Assembly (NCBI GenBank): GCA_018816705.1
Contig: JAHIVG010000004.1
Span: 1-63,756, forward strand
DNA length: 63,756 nt
Reading direction: 5' to 3'
DNA from: Nanobdellota archaeon
GTDB lineage: Archaea > Nanobdellota > Nanobdellia > Woesearchaeales > JAHIVG01
In this document: positions 1 through 8,925 of the stretch, one piece after another
Layout: each line of letters begins with the position of its first letter
Numbering within the stretch: the first letter of the stretch is position 1
Made by a program: the position numbers and the translations under genes
Notes under the pieces: generated by a model
Told to the model about the DNA's origin: nothing
The model's database searches: none
The model's input: only the letters and a program-made list of their open reading frames with translations

Positions 1-1
1 A

Positions 2-2422
2 ATGCATTTCTGGTCCGAGTTCAGGCGTATAGACCGATATCTGCTCGATGCGAAGTCACGCGGTTACGAGGAGGAGATACGCTCCATGTTCTCAGCCGCA
101 ACCAAGATTACTTTTGACGGTTCGAGCCAATGCATGATGCTGAGGAGCCTGAATTATATTAGCGAGTATGACAGGTTTGGGCACCGCGAAGTCTACTCGA
201 AAGCCAACAGGATCATCGAATGCATCGTATCACGGAACCTGTTCTTCGCCTACGGCCTGCATGACGAGGCATGGGTCTTCAAGAAATATGCTGAAAAGGG
301 ATTGGGTGACCGCTTCATCGAGGTCCTGGACCTGGCTGCCAGGATGCATGAGGACGATGAGCCCTTGACAGCTAAGAATGTCGATTGGTGGAGCGCCTAT
401 CATGGCATAATGTTCTTCCAGAAGTTCCCAGAGATGTATCAGCACATCGGCGATAGGGCCATTCCGTTATACAAGGACATCGTCAGGCGTTTCCCAGGCC
501 GTAATGATGCAGCCGATATAATAGCTGACATCAACCAAGTCTTGGAGCAGACTGAAGAGCTCACGCATAGTTGGCTCGGCTTCCTTGAGAAACACCTCCC
601 TTCAATCAAAGGGAAGAACCAAATGTATCGTGCTTTTAACTTCATCAGCGAAAGCAAAAAAGTCTTCGTGGAAGGGGCTGACCAGGCTGATTTCATGAGG
701 TATGGTGGGCTCATGCACAATCTCGGGCTGAGTGAATATCACTTCGCCCTCGAAGACCTGCTCAACTCAGACATCTCAGACAGGAAGAAAGTCAGCATAA
801 TGAAGGATTATAGGCGTATGAAATTACTGAAGGAGCTGCCTGACCCTACTCCTGACGACACCTGGTATCGGGAGACTGCAGAGCTGATGGACATAAGCTA
901 TCCAGACTTCAACCACCTGATAAAGAAGATGAGGTGGCTTGCTGGCGACAGGATGCGTCAACGTCTCGTTGACCAGCAACCTCATCTTGAGGGACTTGAC
1001 ATCTCGAAATATGAGCTAAAGCTCGGCTATTTCCATGAGCATGGATGGGACTATTTCAAGGCCATGGACGTCTTCCCAGTGCTTGATAAGAACGGATTGT
1101 TGTCAGACGAAAGGCTGACTGCATTGACCGCAGTAGTGAACTCTGACAGGCCGCTTGAGGACAAGGTGGAATTCCTGTCGAGGCTTGACAAGCAATCCGC
1201 CAAGTTCCTGCTGTTCCAGTCTCCTGAAGACCTCGATTTTGAGAGTTGGTATGCTGAGGCGCAGCGCAGGGTCCTTGGAAGCCTTGGTGTGAAGCTTGAT
1301 TATCCTATTGATTATGCCCTAAACGTTTTGGGCTGCGTGAAGGACGAGAAGGCAAGAGATCTCCTCAGGCAGATGGTGGCCCTTGAGGCAGAAGGACAGC
1401 ACAACAAGGCACTGTTCCCTGTGGGCAAGGTCTATGATGATGTAGAAGTTGTTCCGATCAGCGCTCCGGTCAGCTATCCTGAGGCCTTGAAGCATCTTGT
1501 GACCGGATTGTTAGGTCATCGGAATTCGAAATACATGAGACCTAACGAGGTGTTTGATGGAGATGACTTGTTCAAGGCGTATGAGTTGGTCAGCAACTGC
1601 CACATAAGGCCTGGACTGTTCTACAGGCACATCGAAAAAGACTTCAAGACCTTGAAGGGCAGGAGCCCGGAAGACGCGAAGGAGGCTGCGGCTGATAACA
1701 TCCTTGATGCCATGACCACATTCTATATGGGCAGGGACGGTAACGTGAATGGCAGGTATGAGCTCAGGCATATGATGAAGTTCGTGGCAGGCCTTAAGGA
1801 GGGCCTGAGCTTCAACGGCCTCACCACCAAGATGCAGGACTGGAACCTGTGGGACCTGGGAGATGGGATGAGGCTGCACTGCTGCGCCTTGCTCTCCAAG
1901 GACAAGGAGGCTGAGGAGATCGCATCCTTGTACTATCATGCCGACCCTTACATCGGGATGCTGCACCAGAACCCGCGGCTCGGCAAGGTAATGTCCAGGG
2001 CTGTCAGCGCAGGGATATTGGTCAATTGTTATAACAGGCACGGCGACCATGTCCTAGGGGTGGATTCGCCAGAGGCCGGTCCGCTGATAGACAGGATTGA
2101 TGATGGCCTGTGGCAGCCAAGCCTGGCGAAAGGCATTGCCGGCTCTGCAGTGGACACTGATGCAAGATACATCTTCTTCAATACTAATGGCATCCGTGGG
2201 AAATCGCAGAGGTTCCTGGATTTCGTGAAAGAGATGATGGCCTTCTCTGCCCCGACCGAAGTGTACCTCGAGAAGATGAAGGGTGATGGAAGGCTCGACA
2301 TCCCGAAGCAGGATAGGTATCTTGAGTTATGGTCAGGAGATGACCGGAAGGTCCAGGCAGGCAAGGGCCGAGGCCTCTACGTTCCGACAGAATTGTTCTG
2401 CGAGCTTGTGAATCAGCTTTAG
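2..2422 (+). CDS. Large hypothetical cytoplasmic protein (806 aa in window; may be 5'-truncated at the window edge)
   Basis: Continuous 2.4 kb ORF from the first codon of the window. Opposite-strand ORFs are short shadows. No TM helix, signal peptide or P-loop seen, and no family recognised. Confidence 0.6.
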   Translation: MHFWSEFRRIDRYLLDAKSRGYEEEIRSMFSAATKITFDGSSQCMMLRSLNYISEYDRFGHREVYSKANRIIECIVSRNLFFAYGLHDEAWVFKKYAEKGLGDRFIEVLDLAARMHEDDEPLTAKNVDWWSAYHGIMFFQKFPEMYQHIGDRAIPLYKDIVRRFPGRNDAADIIADINQVLEQTEELTHSWLGFLEKHLPSIKGKNQMYRAFNFISESKKVFVEGADQADFMRYGGLMHNLGLSEYHFALEDLLNSDISDRKKVSIMKDYRRMKLLKELPDPTPDDTWYRETAELMDISYPDFNHLIKKMRWLAGDRMRQRLVDQQPHLEGLDISKYELKLGYFHEHGWDYFKAMDVFPVLDKNGLLSDERLTALTAVVNSDRPLEDKVEFLSRLDKQSAKFLLFQSPEDLDFESWYAEAQRRVLGSLGVKLDYPIDYALNVLGCVKDEKARDLLRQMVALEAEGQHNKALFPVGKVYDDVEVVPISAPVSYPEALKHLVTGLLGHRNSKYMRPNEVFDGDDLFKAYELVSNCHIRPGLFYRHIEKDFKTLKGRSPEDAKEAAADNILDAMTTFYMGRDGNVNGRYELRHMMKFVAGLKEGLSFNGLTTKMQDWNLWDLGDGMRLHCCALLSKDKEAEEIASLYYHADPYIGMLHQNPRLGKVMSRAVSAGILVNCYNRHGDHVLGVDSPEAGPLIDRIDDGLWQPSLAKGIAGSAVDTDARYIFFNTNGIRGKSQRFLDFVKEMMAFSAPTEVYLEKMKGDGRLDIPKQDRYLELWSGDDRKVQAGKGRGLYVPTELFCELVNQL

Positions 2423-2461
2423 ACTGTTCCACCTTGCCTATATTTAAATACCCCCTACGCA

Positions 2462-2474
2462 ACATTTATAAATG
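2462..2474 (+). promoter_or_regulatory. TATA-like box upstream of the coiled-coil gene (a second one at 2439-2450)
   Basis: ACATTTATAAATG and TATATTTAAATA lie in the 173-nt gap after gene 1. They are more than 120 nt from ATG 2596, implying a leader, unlike most first genes here. Confidence 0.3.
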
Positions 2475-2595
2475 AAAGCCCACTTCTACGAATAAAATAC
2501 TTACTGTGGAGTAGATATATAGTAAGCGGATATTGTGAGGATATTTGCACAAGACAGAAAAATGAAAACATACTATTCAACGCGGGGTGGGGATA

Positions 2596-3795
2596 ATGGA
2601 TGAACAAGATGATTCGGAGAATGACAGTACTTTTCCAGTCCAAGGATTAGATTTTGAGGGTGGTAGCGGCATCGAAAACCTTGTCACTGAAGTGCAAAAG
2701 GCGCTTGACATGATCTCTGATGACAGGGATGGTGATGTCGCCAAGTACGACCGGCTCAGAGGAGAGATGAATTCAGCATTTGAGCAGATTATAGGCACAT
2801 TGGGCTCAGACCTACAGAACCTCAACCATATCCAAGACGCCACGCCGGGCGATGCGATCGTCACAGTCACTGAGCTGCATAAGAAAAGGAAGAGGAATCC
2901 AAGGTATGGGTCATTAATTGTTGGAACCACAAAGAATTTCTACCGTATAAGCAGGGGAAGGACGAGAATCCCCTTTTTTACTAAACTGCCAGTGGAAGTT
3001 CAGGTCGAGAAGAGCTTCGCGACATATGTTGACGAGCTTATCCAGGGTTATAGGCAGGCCAAGACCAACCTGGAGACTCACCAACGGTTCGCCGAGGCTG
3101 AAATAAGCGGTGCTGACAAGAAGATAAGGACCCTTTTCGACCTCGAAGAGAGGACCGTAAGGGGCCTTGAAGGGTTGAAGGCAAAGCTGGAAGGCGAGAA
3201 CGGATTATATGTGAGGCTGGCCAAGAAAAAGGGAGAGATAGAAGATTACGTAAAGGAGAATGAAGGAAAGGAAGAAGAGCCGAGCTATATGAGAAGACTG
3301 CTCACGCTTGAGCAGCAGACGAGGATGCTGCAGCTCGAGGTCAACAAGCTTGAAGGAGAGTTGAGATCAGGCTCGGTGGCCAGGGAGCAGGCGAGGAATT
3401 TCCGCGCGGGATATGCCACCATGCTGGAAGGGCTCAATTTCATGATCGGCCTGTCGGCCGAGGCACATAAGAAGATGGAGATAACATACGGCAACCTTGA
3501 GGCAACGTCAGGCATAAACCTTGCTGCTGCCGGGATGGCACAGGCCCTGAACGACGCCTATTCGGTCCAGAGCAAGATAAGGAGGCAGATGACAGGTTTC
3601 ATGCTCGGGACAGGCGTGTACGCCGGCAAGGCTGTGGAAGGCATGGAAATCTTCGACAAGCCTGTGCTCGACCCCAGCGGCATAGAATGCAATAAGAAGC
3701 TTGTCACATTAGCCCAAGAGGCCTCTAGGAAGCGCTTGCCCGGCGGGCAATATGCCAAGCTTAAACCAGGCCAGGAAGGCCAGCAGGGTCAATGA
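2596..3795 (+). CDS. Hypothetical coiled-coil protein (399 aa)
   Basis: The ORF track starts at GTG 2587. ATG 2596 is preceded by GGGGTGGGG (SD-like). The central part has long heptad-like charged stretches (LEGLKAKLEGENG..., LTLEQQTRMLQLEVNKLEGELR). The tail is Q/G-rich. No enzymatic motif. Confidence 0.7.
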   Translation: MDEQDDSENDSTFPVQGLDFEGGSGIENLVTEVQKALDMISDDRDGDVAKYDRLRGEMNSAFEQIIGTLGSDLQNLNHIQDATPGDAIVTVTELHKKRKRNPRYGSLIVGTTKNFYRISRGRTRIPFFTKLPVEVQVEKSFATYVDELIQGYRQAKTNLETHQRFAEAEISGADKKIRTLFDLEERTVRGLEGLKAKLEGENGLYVRLAKKKGEIEDYVKENEGKEEEPSYMRRLLTLEQQTRMLQLEVNKLEGELRSGSVAREQARNFRAGYATMLEGLNFMIGLSAEAHKKMEITYGNLEATSGINLAAAGMAQALNDAYSVQSKIRRQMTGFMLGTGVYAGKAVEGMEIFDKPVLDPSGIECNKKLVTLAQEASRKRLPGGQYAKLKPGQEGQQGQ

Positions 3796-3801
3796 GCGAA
3801 G

Positions 3802-4905
3802 ATGGACAGTGAAGACCCGCAAGCCAGGCTCGTCATCAGGACAGGCAAGAAGAAACGGTTTGACAGGACTGAGACTGCATCATACATCGCAAAGCTGACC
3901 GAACTTGTCCAGGGATTGGAGGAATTGGAGCCGCTTCAGGAATTCGAAGACTCAAAGGTCAGCAGTGTATTCCCTTTCTTGACCTACACCGAAGAGGGTG
4001 GAGTGCTTGAGACATTGTGTGTCGATCTTCGCTCAGGTTTCCCAGATTCATATGAGATTACAAATATAATGAGATCCTATGGCAGGCCGCTGTGGCCCTT
4101 CATGATTGACGACGAGAGGATCGAAAAGAAGGAGAAGGAACTTGCAGCCGAGGCCGCTGAAAGGCTATTGAAGGGTGAGGAGCCCGTCCAGGAGCAGAGG
4201 CTGTACCGGCTGATTGAGTTCAACAGGAAGGTCATGGCTTGCCTGAAAGATGGCACCCTGCCTGATCTTCATGGCCTGCATGAGACCTGGGAAGATGACT
4301 CAGTCGTCCTGCGAAGGGTTGAGTATAACCGCATGGAAAGCTCTCCGGTCTACTGGAGAATCACTATGAGCGATGCTGTTAAGAGAGGCAACGGTCTTTC
4401 AAGGCTCAATAGGTTATGGGGAGGCTCCAATAATGATAAGAAAAAGCCGTATACAATGGTCGATAGTGGTGACGGCAAGAATCCGAAGAGGGACAGCAGG
4501 CTCGACCATCTAATCAGCAATGCCTCTTTCCACCTTGATCCAGGAGTGCTCTATTGCGAGATCGATGAAGAATTCCCTGAAACGGTGCAAGAGGTCATCA
4601 GGATATCCTTCGGCCCTTTCTACCATCGGACGATAGGAAATTACCATCTCTTCAGGGAGGGCAGCATCGACGGTATCAAGCCGCTGGAACAGCTTGAAGA
4701 AGAGTTCGGAGATGATCTCAGCTTCGTGGCCTTAAGGGCTTATCAAGCGACATCAGGAGGCTTAGATAAGAATGTGACATTAAAGAGCTCCAATCAAGGG
4801 CTTGACGCTTACCTCAGGCTCGTGACCTTCCCACAGATGCATATCGTGTTAGCACCCGGATACCATACCCCTCCGCAGCTACCTGCAGGCGATTTTAATG
4901 GATGA
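3802..4905 (+). CDS. Hypothetical protein (367 aa)
   Basis: ORF lies 6 nt after the previous stop and overlaps the next gene by 8 nt, so it looks operonic. Acidic, with no TM helix or signal peptide. No family recognised. Confidence 0.65.
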   Translation: MDSEDPQARLVIRTGKKKRFDRTETASYIAKLTELVQGLEELEPLQEFEDSKVSSVFPFLTYTEEGGVLETLCVDLRSGFPDSYEITNIMRSYGRPLWPFMIDDERIEKKEKELAAEAAERLLKGEEPVQEQRLYRLIEFNRKVMACLKDGTLPDLHGLHETWEDDSVVLRRVEYNRMESSPVYWRITMSDAVKRGNGLSRLNRLWGGSNNDKKKPYTMVDSGDGKNPKRDSRLDHLISNASFHLDPGVLYCEIDEEFPETVQEVIRISFGPFYHRTIGNYHLFREGSIDGIKPLEQLEEEFGDDLSFVALRAYQATSGGLDKNVTLKSSNQGLDAYLRLVTFPQMHIVLAPGYHTPPQLPAGDFNG

Positions 4906-6889
4906 TACAAAGGACAATCTCCAGATATCAGAAAATGAAGGCGACATCCTGCTCGAGTCCAGGATACGCGCCACAGGGATAGACTGGAAGCTGCACTTCG
5001 ATGAGTTCACCCAGGAGCACAGGGCCCTGCTGCAAAAGCTCCTTGCCAACACGACTTTCGAGTATGAACTCCAGCCCATAGCGAAGCACGATCACCGATA
5101 CCTGATAGAGCTCCGCGGTCAGGGCATGCTGGATGATGCCAAGCAGATGCTTGCCCTGGCAGCCGAGATCCAGAATGACGATACAAGACTGTATGGCGCG
5201 CATGATGAGAGCGCTGCAAAAGTAGCTGAGATAATCCAGGCCTTGGGCTTGGCGTCCCTTTCTGAACTCGAACCGATCTTATCGCTCAATATATACAAAT
5301 CAGCCTTCTGCCTCCACCACGAGGGCCGGAGCACCTTCCTCCTCCACAAGAATGATGGGTCACCCTATATCGTGACAACGGATGAGGGCCACGATGCCCC
5401 TGGTGTGCCCATCGCGCCTTTAGTGCCGAGGGTACCTATTGAACCTGGTATTGTGCCGATCTCTGAATCCACAAGTATCATCAACAATCTCATGCCCTAT
5501 TTCGAGACAGACAAGGACGGCGTCAAGGATGCCCTGTACCGCATGGCAATTTACGGCATCACTGCCAGGATGGAGAATGTTCCGGTCAAGGTGACGGCGA
5601 GGTGGGATGGCCTCTCAAGGCTGCAGCATGGCATGCACCTGGCAGGCGTCCACTCAGCCATATTCCCATATCTGAGTGTCTCGAGCCAGGAAGACGGGGA
5701 GCTGGAAGACACGCTGAAGCAGCTCTACGCACAGCTCCAGGAAAGGCACATCGACCCTGAGGCTGAATTAGGGGAGTTCACCTACTCCAACGAGTGGCCC
5801 CTAAGCCTCGAGAGCAAGGCTTACGCTGACTTCCAGGCTATCGCCTCACGGCAAGGCAAGGAAGACCTGCTGAAGGCCAACATCGCCGTCGTAAGGATGA
5901 CCGCTGCCAATGCATTGGATGAGCTCGGACTGCCGATCGACGCTGACAAGCTCGACTACAGCCGGGGCAGGGAAGGCCTGATGGCTCAGCTCAGGGATAT
6001 CACGAGAGAGATAAAGAATAACGAGAAGAGGTATGGTTTCCTGCCGTTCGATCACATCATCGCATCTGACAGGCTCAAGACCGACCTGAGGACGAATGAT
6101 GACGAGATATGGATAGGCAGCAAAGGAGAGATCGAAAAGAGATGCAAGACCGTCTTCTCTGTCCGGCTCGAGGACGGATCCGTCCACAATTATGACATTG
6201 TCGATGACCAGAAAGAGGTCACAATGGCTGAGAGGGCGACCGGTTTCCCTGACTGGTACAAGCCCATGGCCTGCAACATCGGCGACAAGATAGTGACGAC
6301 CGACAAGGCTCGTGAGTGGACCTACGAGGGTGAGGTCAAGAATATCAAAGGGGGCATGGACGGGGAAGTAATCAATATATGCGGTGATACGAGGTTCTAC
6401 TATGTACAGCCCAGGAATCGCGATGCGCATACCAATGAGAAGCGTGACAGCCAAGCGAACATGTACTATGCCGATCGGCTGAAAGATGAGGAAGGGAACA
6501 TTATGTACGGCCAGGAGAAGCTTCTCAAGCATCTGGAGAGGAGGATCAGCGAGAGCCTGCCAGAGCATTTCTCAAGCCAGCTGAAGGTGAAGCCTGATGA
6601 CCTCCAATTCGATGAGGACAAGGAAGGCAATTTCATCCTGTTCCATCAGACCCAGATAGGGGGGAGACCAGCTCATCTTTACTTGGCCTACACACCAGAT
6701 TCGAACTTCTTGATAACCTGCGTAGGGGGGGAGCCCGACAGGCAGATGGCCTTTGACATCGTCAGGTCAGCGAAGCCGAATGCTGAAAAGTTCGCAGGAT
6801 TGGCCGCTTCCACCAGAGCGGATCTGCTCGAGCTTTCCTGCCTCGGCGAGACGCAGGAGCATTATGTGATAGGGTGCAAAAGTGATTAG
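4898..6889 (+). CDS. Hypothetical protein, tandem paralog 1 of 3 (663 aa)
   Basis: Shares three modules with 6976-8925. These are an N-terminal ~140-aa module, a middle module (RYGFLPFD.. / ..IWIGSKGEI..) and a C-terminal module (..NAEKFAGL..DLLEL..). Shares the N- and C-terminal modules with 8922-10256. Confidence 0.75.
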   Translation: MDDTKDNLQISENEGDILLESRIRATGIDWKLHFDEFTQEHRALLQKLLANTTFEYELQPIAKHDHRYLIELRGQGMLDDAKQMLALAAEIQNDDTRLYGAHDESAAKVAEIIQALGLASLSELEPILSLNIYKSAFCLHHEGRSTFLLHKNDGSPYIVTTDEGHDAPGVPIAPLVPRVPIEPGIVPISESTSIINNLMPYFETDKDGVKDALYRMAIYGITARMENVPVKVTARWDGLSRLQHGMHLAGVHSAIFPYLSVSSQEDGELEDTLKQLYAQLQERHIDPEAELGEFTYSNEWPLSLESKAYADFQAIASRQGKEDLLKANIAVVRMTAANALDELGLPIDADKLDYSRGREGLMAQLRDITREIKNNEKRYGFLPFDHIIASDRLKTDLRTNDDEIWIGSKGEIEKRCKTVFSVRLEDGSVHNYDIVDDQKEVTMAERATGFPDWYKPMACNIGDKIVTTDKAREWTYEGEVKNIKGGMDGEVINICGDTRFYYVQPRNRDAHTNEKRDSQANMYYADRLKDEEGNIMYGQEKLLKHLERRISESLPEHFSSQLKVKPDDLQFDEDKEGNFILFHQTQIGGRPAHLYLAYTPDSNFLITCVGGEPDRQMAFDIVRSAKPNAEKFAGLAASTRADLLELSCLGETQEHYVIGCKSD

Positions 6890-6975
6890 ATGCCAGACAT
6901 ATGCATATCCAAGACAGGCGAAGGGTTCTCGGTAGTTATTACCATTTGTATGCAGTACGGTAGGAGGCTTCTAGC

Positions 6976-8925
6976 ATGGACCTGACGCTCCGCATGATGA
7001 AAAATGAAGACGGCATCCGCATGGAGTCAGAGCTGGAATCACCTCACCTTACACAGGACATTGAGGAATTCATCGGACAACAGCGTGCCACGCTTGAGTC
7101 ACTCCTCCAGGCCGGGCCCTTGACCTACAAGCTAAGTTCGATGAGATATGAGAACGGGCTGTATTCCTTCATGTTCGAAGGAGAGGGACCGCTGGCTGAC
7201 GCTGTCAGGCTTCTCGACCAGGCTGAGGCCATCAGGTCTGACAAGGCCTTGCTCAACCAGGCTTATGATGGTTTGTCAGAAGAGGTCAGGAAGCTCCTGG
7301 AGAGGTTCAATGTCGATTCGTTGGAGCAGATCGCGCCTGTTGCACGTTTTAATATAATGATCCCATATTCTGCCATCAAGATACGGGACCATAAGTATTA
7401 CCTCGTCCGGGCCCCTGCTTCAGACGTGCCACGGATAATCTCAGACGGGCCTGTGCTCAGCGTCGAGGAATCGAGGCAGATCCCGCTTGATGATGTTACG
7501 GAAGTAGTTAACTTGTTTTCAGCCGCCTATTTTGATTATGATGATGATAGGCTGTCTGGGGAATTACGAAGGATGGCTGAAGGATACGTCAAGAGTGCAA
7601 AAGCCGATGGCTCTGCAGTTACGGATGCAGTCTGGGATTGCTACCGCAAGAAAAAGAACACCTATCAATTGCGCACTGTGGAGCCTGAGCTGCTGGAGCT
7701 CATGTCAGCGAGGAGCGTGAGCAATTCCCTGCTCCAAGGGACTTTCGTCCAGCTCCTCGACGAGCTCAAGGACAGGGTCCGGCCTTCTGATGAAAAGACC
7801 GGCACCATCCGTTATTCCGACAGCCTCGACGGCAACCAACTGGAGCTGATGGCCAATGACACGCCTTTCTACATGTTCGACCCCTTATTCAGGAAGGACC
7901 CCCAGGAGGCCTTTGAGGACGCGGTGTCCGGCGTGCTTAAGTCCGATTACCTGCGCATCCATCCGAAGGCCGTCGATCAAAGCAAGGGCCTGGAAGGGGT
8001 GATGAAGGGGATAGATAATCTCCTGATGAAGCTAGAGGCCGATCCGAGCAGGTTCGGATTCCTCCCCCATGACAAGGTCGTCATCCACCAGGCCGAGAGA
8101 TGCCCTGACCATCCCGGGAACATCTGGGACACCAGCTCAGGCACGGTCATCCGAAGGAGGGAAGATTATTATCCTGTCGAGTTCGAGGACGGGACGTGCC
8201 TTAGAGTAAGGCGTGAGGATATCAAGTATTACCCAGCGCTAGATACTCTGGCAAATATCAGTCCCATGTGGCATGACCGTCCAGAGCTGGCCCCTGGCGT
8301 CACTGTGCTGATAAAGCCTGAGAAGCAGGGCAAAGGTTACCATCCGGATGTCGTTCCAATGCTCGCGGAGAGGGACGGCCAGTTCGCGAAGATAGTCGGC
8401 TATTGCTATGACCTCAGGATGGACAGGATTGCCTTCCAGGACGGCAGGAGCTTCAAATCCACAACCAATCATTACGGGCTGAGCCAGGCGGTGATGAGAA
8501 AGGAATCCTCTGACCTTGAGGCTGTGGCGGGGGAAATCCGGAAAAACATCATGGACAGATTGATTTATGGATATATGTGCGCCTTATCATGCCGAGAGAT
8601 GTTCTTATTCCCCAAGGCGGGAGATGACGGCGGGATGGTGCTCAAGGCCATCAACGCAAGGAAGGGCACCAAGGCAATCTCCATCCTGGTGCAGACCCCT
8701 GGCCAGGACAGGTATGTCTGGAGCGCCCTCAACAAGAGGTATAATGACTTCAATTCCAGGTTCGATTATGAGAAAGAAGTGAGGGAGATCCTCGGTAACG
8801 ACTCAGATCCAGAGAAGAAGTTCATAGACCTCCTCCTGACGAAGAGCAGCCTCATGGAGTTCATCCACCTGCCGAAGGAGGGCAAGCCCACGGTCCTGCA
8901 ATATACCGGAAGGCATCCATTATGA
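6976..8925 (+). CDS. Hypothetical protein, tandem paralog 2 of 3 (649 aa)
   Basis: AGGAGG lies 7 nt upstream of the ATG. Alignable by eye to paralog 1: SRFGFLPHD vs RYGFLPFD, IWDTSSGTV vs IWIGSKGEI, DPEKKFIDLL..LMEF vs NAEKFAGLA..LLEL. Confidence 0.75.
   Translation: MDLTLRMMKNEDGIRMESELESPHLTQDIEEFIGQQRATLESLLQAGPLTYKLSSMRYENGLYSFMFEGEGPLADAVRLLDQAEAIRSDKALLNQAYDGLSEEVRKLLERFNVDSLEQIAPVARFNIMIPYSAIKIRDHKYYLVRAPASDVPRIISDGPVLSVEESRQIPLDDVTEVVNLFSAAYFDYDDDRLSGELRRMAEGYVKSAKADGSAVTDAVWDCYRKKKNTYQLRTVEPELLELMSARSVSNSLLQGTFVQLLDELKDRVRPSDEKTGTIRYSDSLDGNQLELMANDTPFYMFDPLFRKDPQEAFEDAVSGVLKSDYLRIHPKAVDQSKGLEGVMKGIDNLLMKLEADPSRFGFLPHDKVVIHQAERCPDHPGNIWDTSSGTVIRRREDYYPVEFEDGTCLRVRREDIKYYPALDTLANISPMWHDRPELAPGVTVLIKPEKQGKGYHPDVVPMLAERDGQFAKIVGYCYDLRMDRIAFQDGRSFKSTTNHYGLSQAVMRKESSDLEAVAGEIRKNIMDRLIYGYMCALSCREMFLFPKAGDDGGMVLKAINARKGTKAISILVQTPGQDRYVWSALNKRYNDFNSRFDYEKEVREILGNDSDPEKKFIDLLLTKSSLMEFIHLPKEGKPTVLQYTGRHPL

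Noticed and set aside
1874-2065. Possible papain-like Cys/His/Asp arrangement in the C-terminal part of gene 1 (..MRLHCCALLS.. then ..NRHGDHVLGVD..)
   Set aside because: It is based on only two short strings, without the surrounding conserved context of any protease or transglutaminase family I can name. It is too speculative to annotate and should be tested by HHpred.
2528-2545. Direct repeat GGATATT-N4-GGATATT in the leader of the coiled-coil gene, and GGACAT triplets at 63562-63617
   Set aside because: These are short 6-7-nt repeats that could easily arise by chance in 64 kb. There is no second line of evidence.
5846-6568. Long antisense ORFs inside confident genes. Examples: 5846-6568 (240 aa), 44568-45200 (210 aa), 48876-49481 (201 aa), 29068-29685 (205 aa), 10602-11147, 11380-11925 and 1511-2050
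   Set aside because: They lie fully within, and opposite to, ORFs with clear family motifs or paralog support. Their translations are low-complexity or Ser/Leu/Arg/Pro-rich, as expected for shadow frames in ~50-55% GC DNA.
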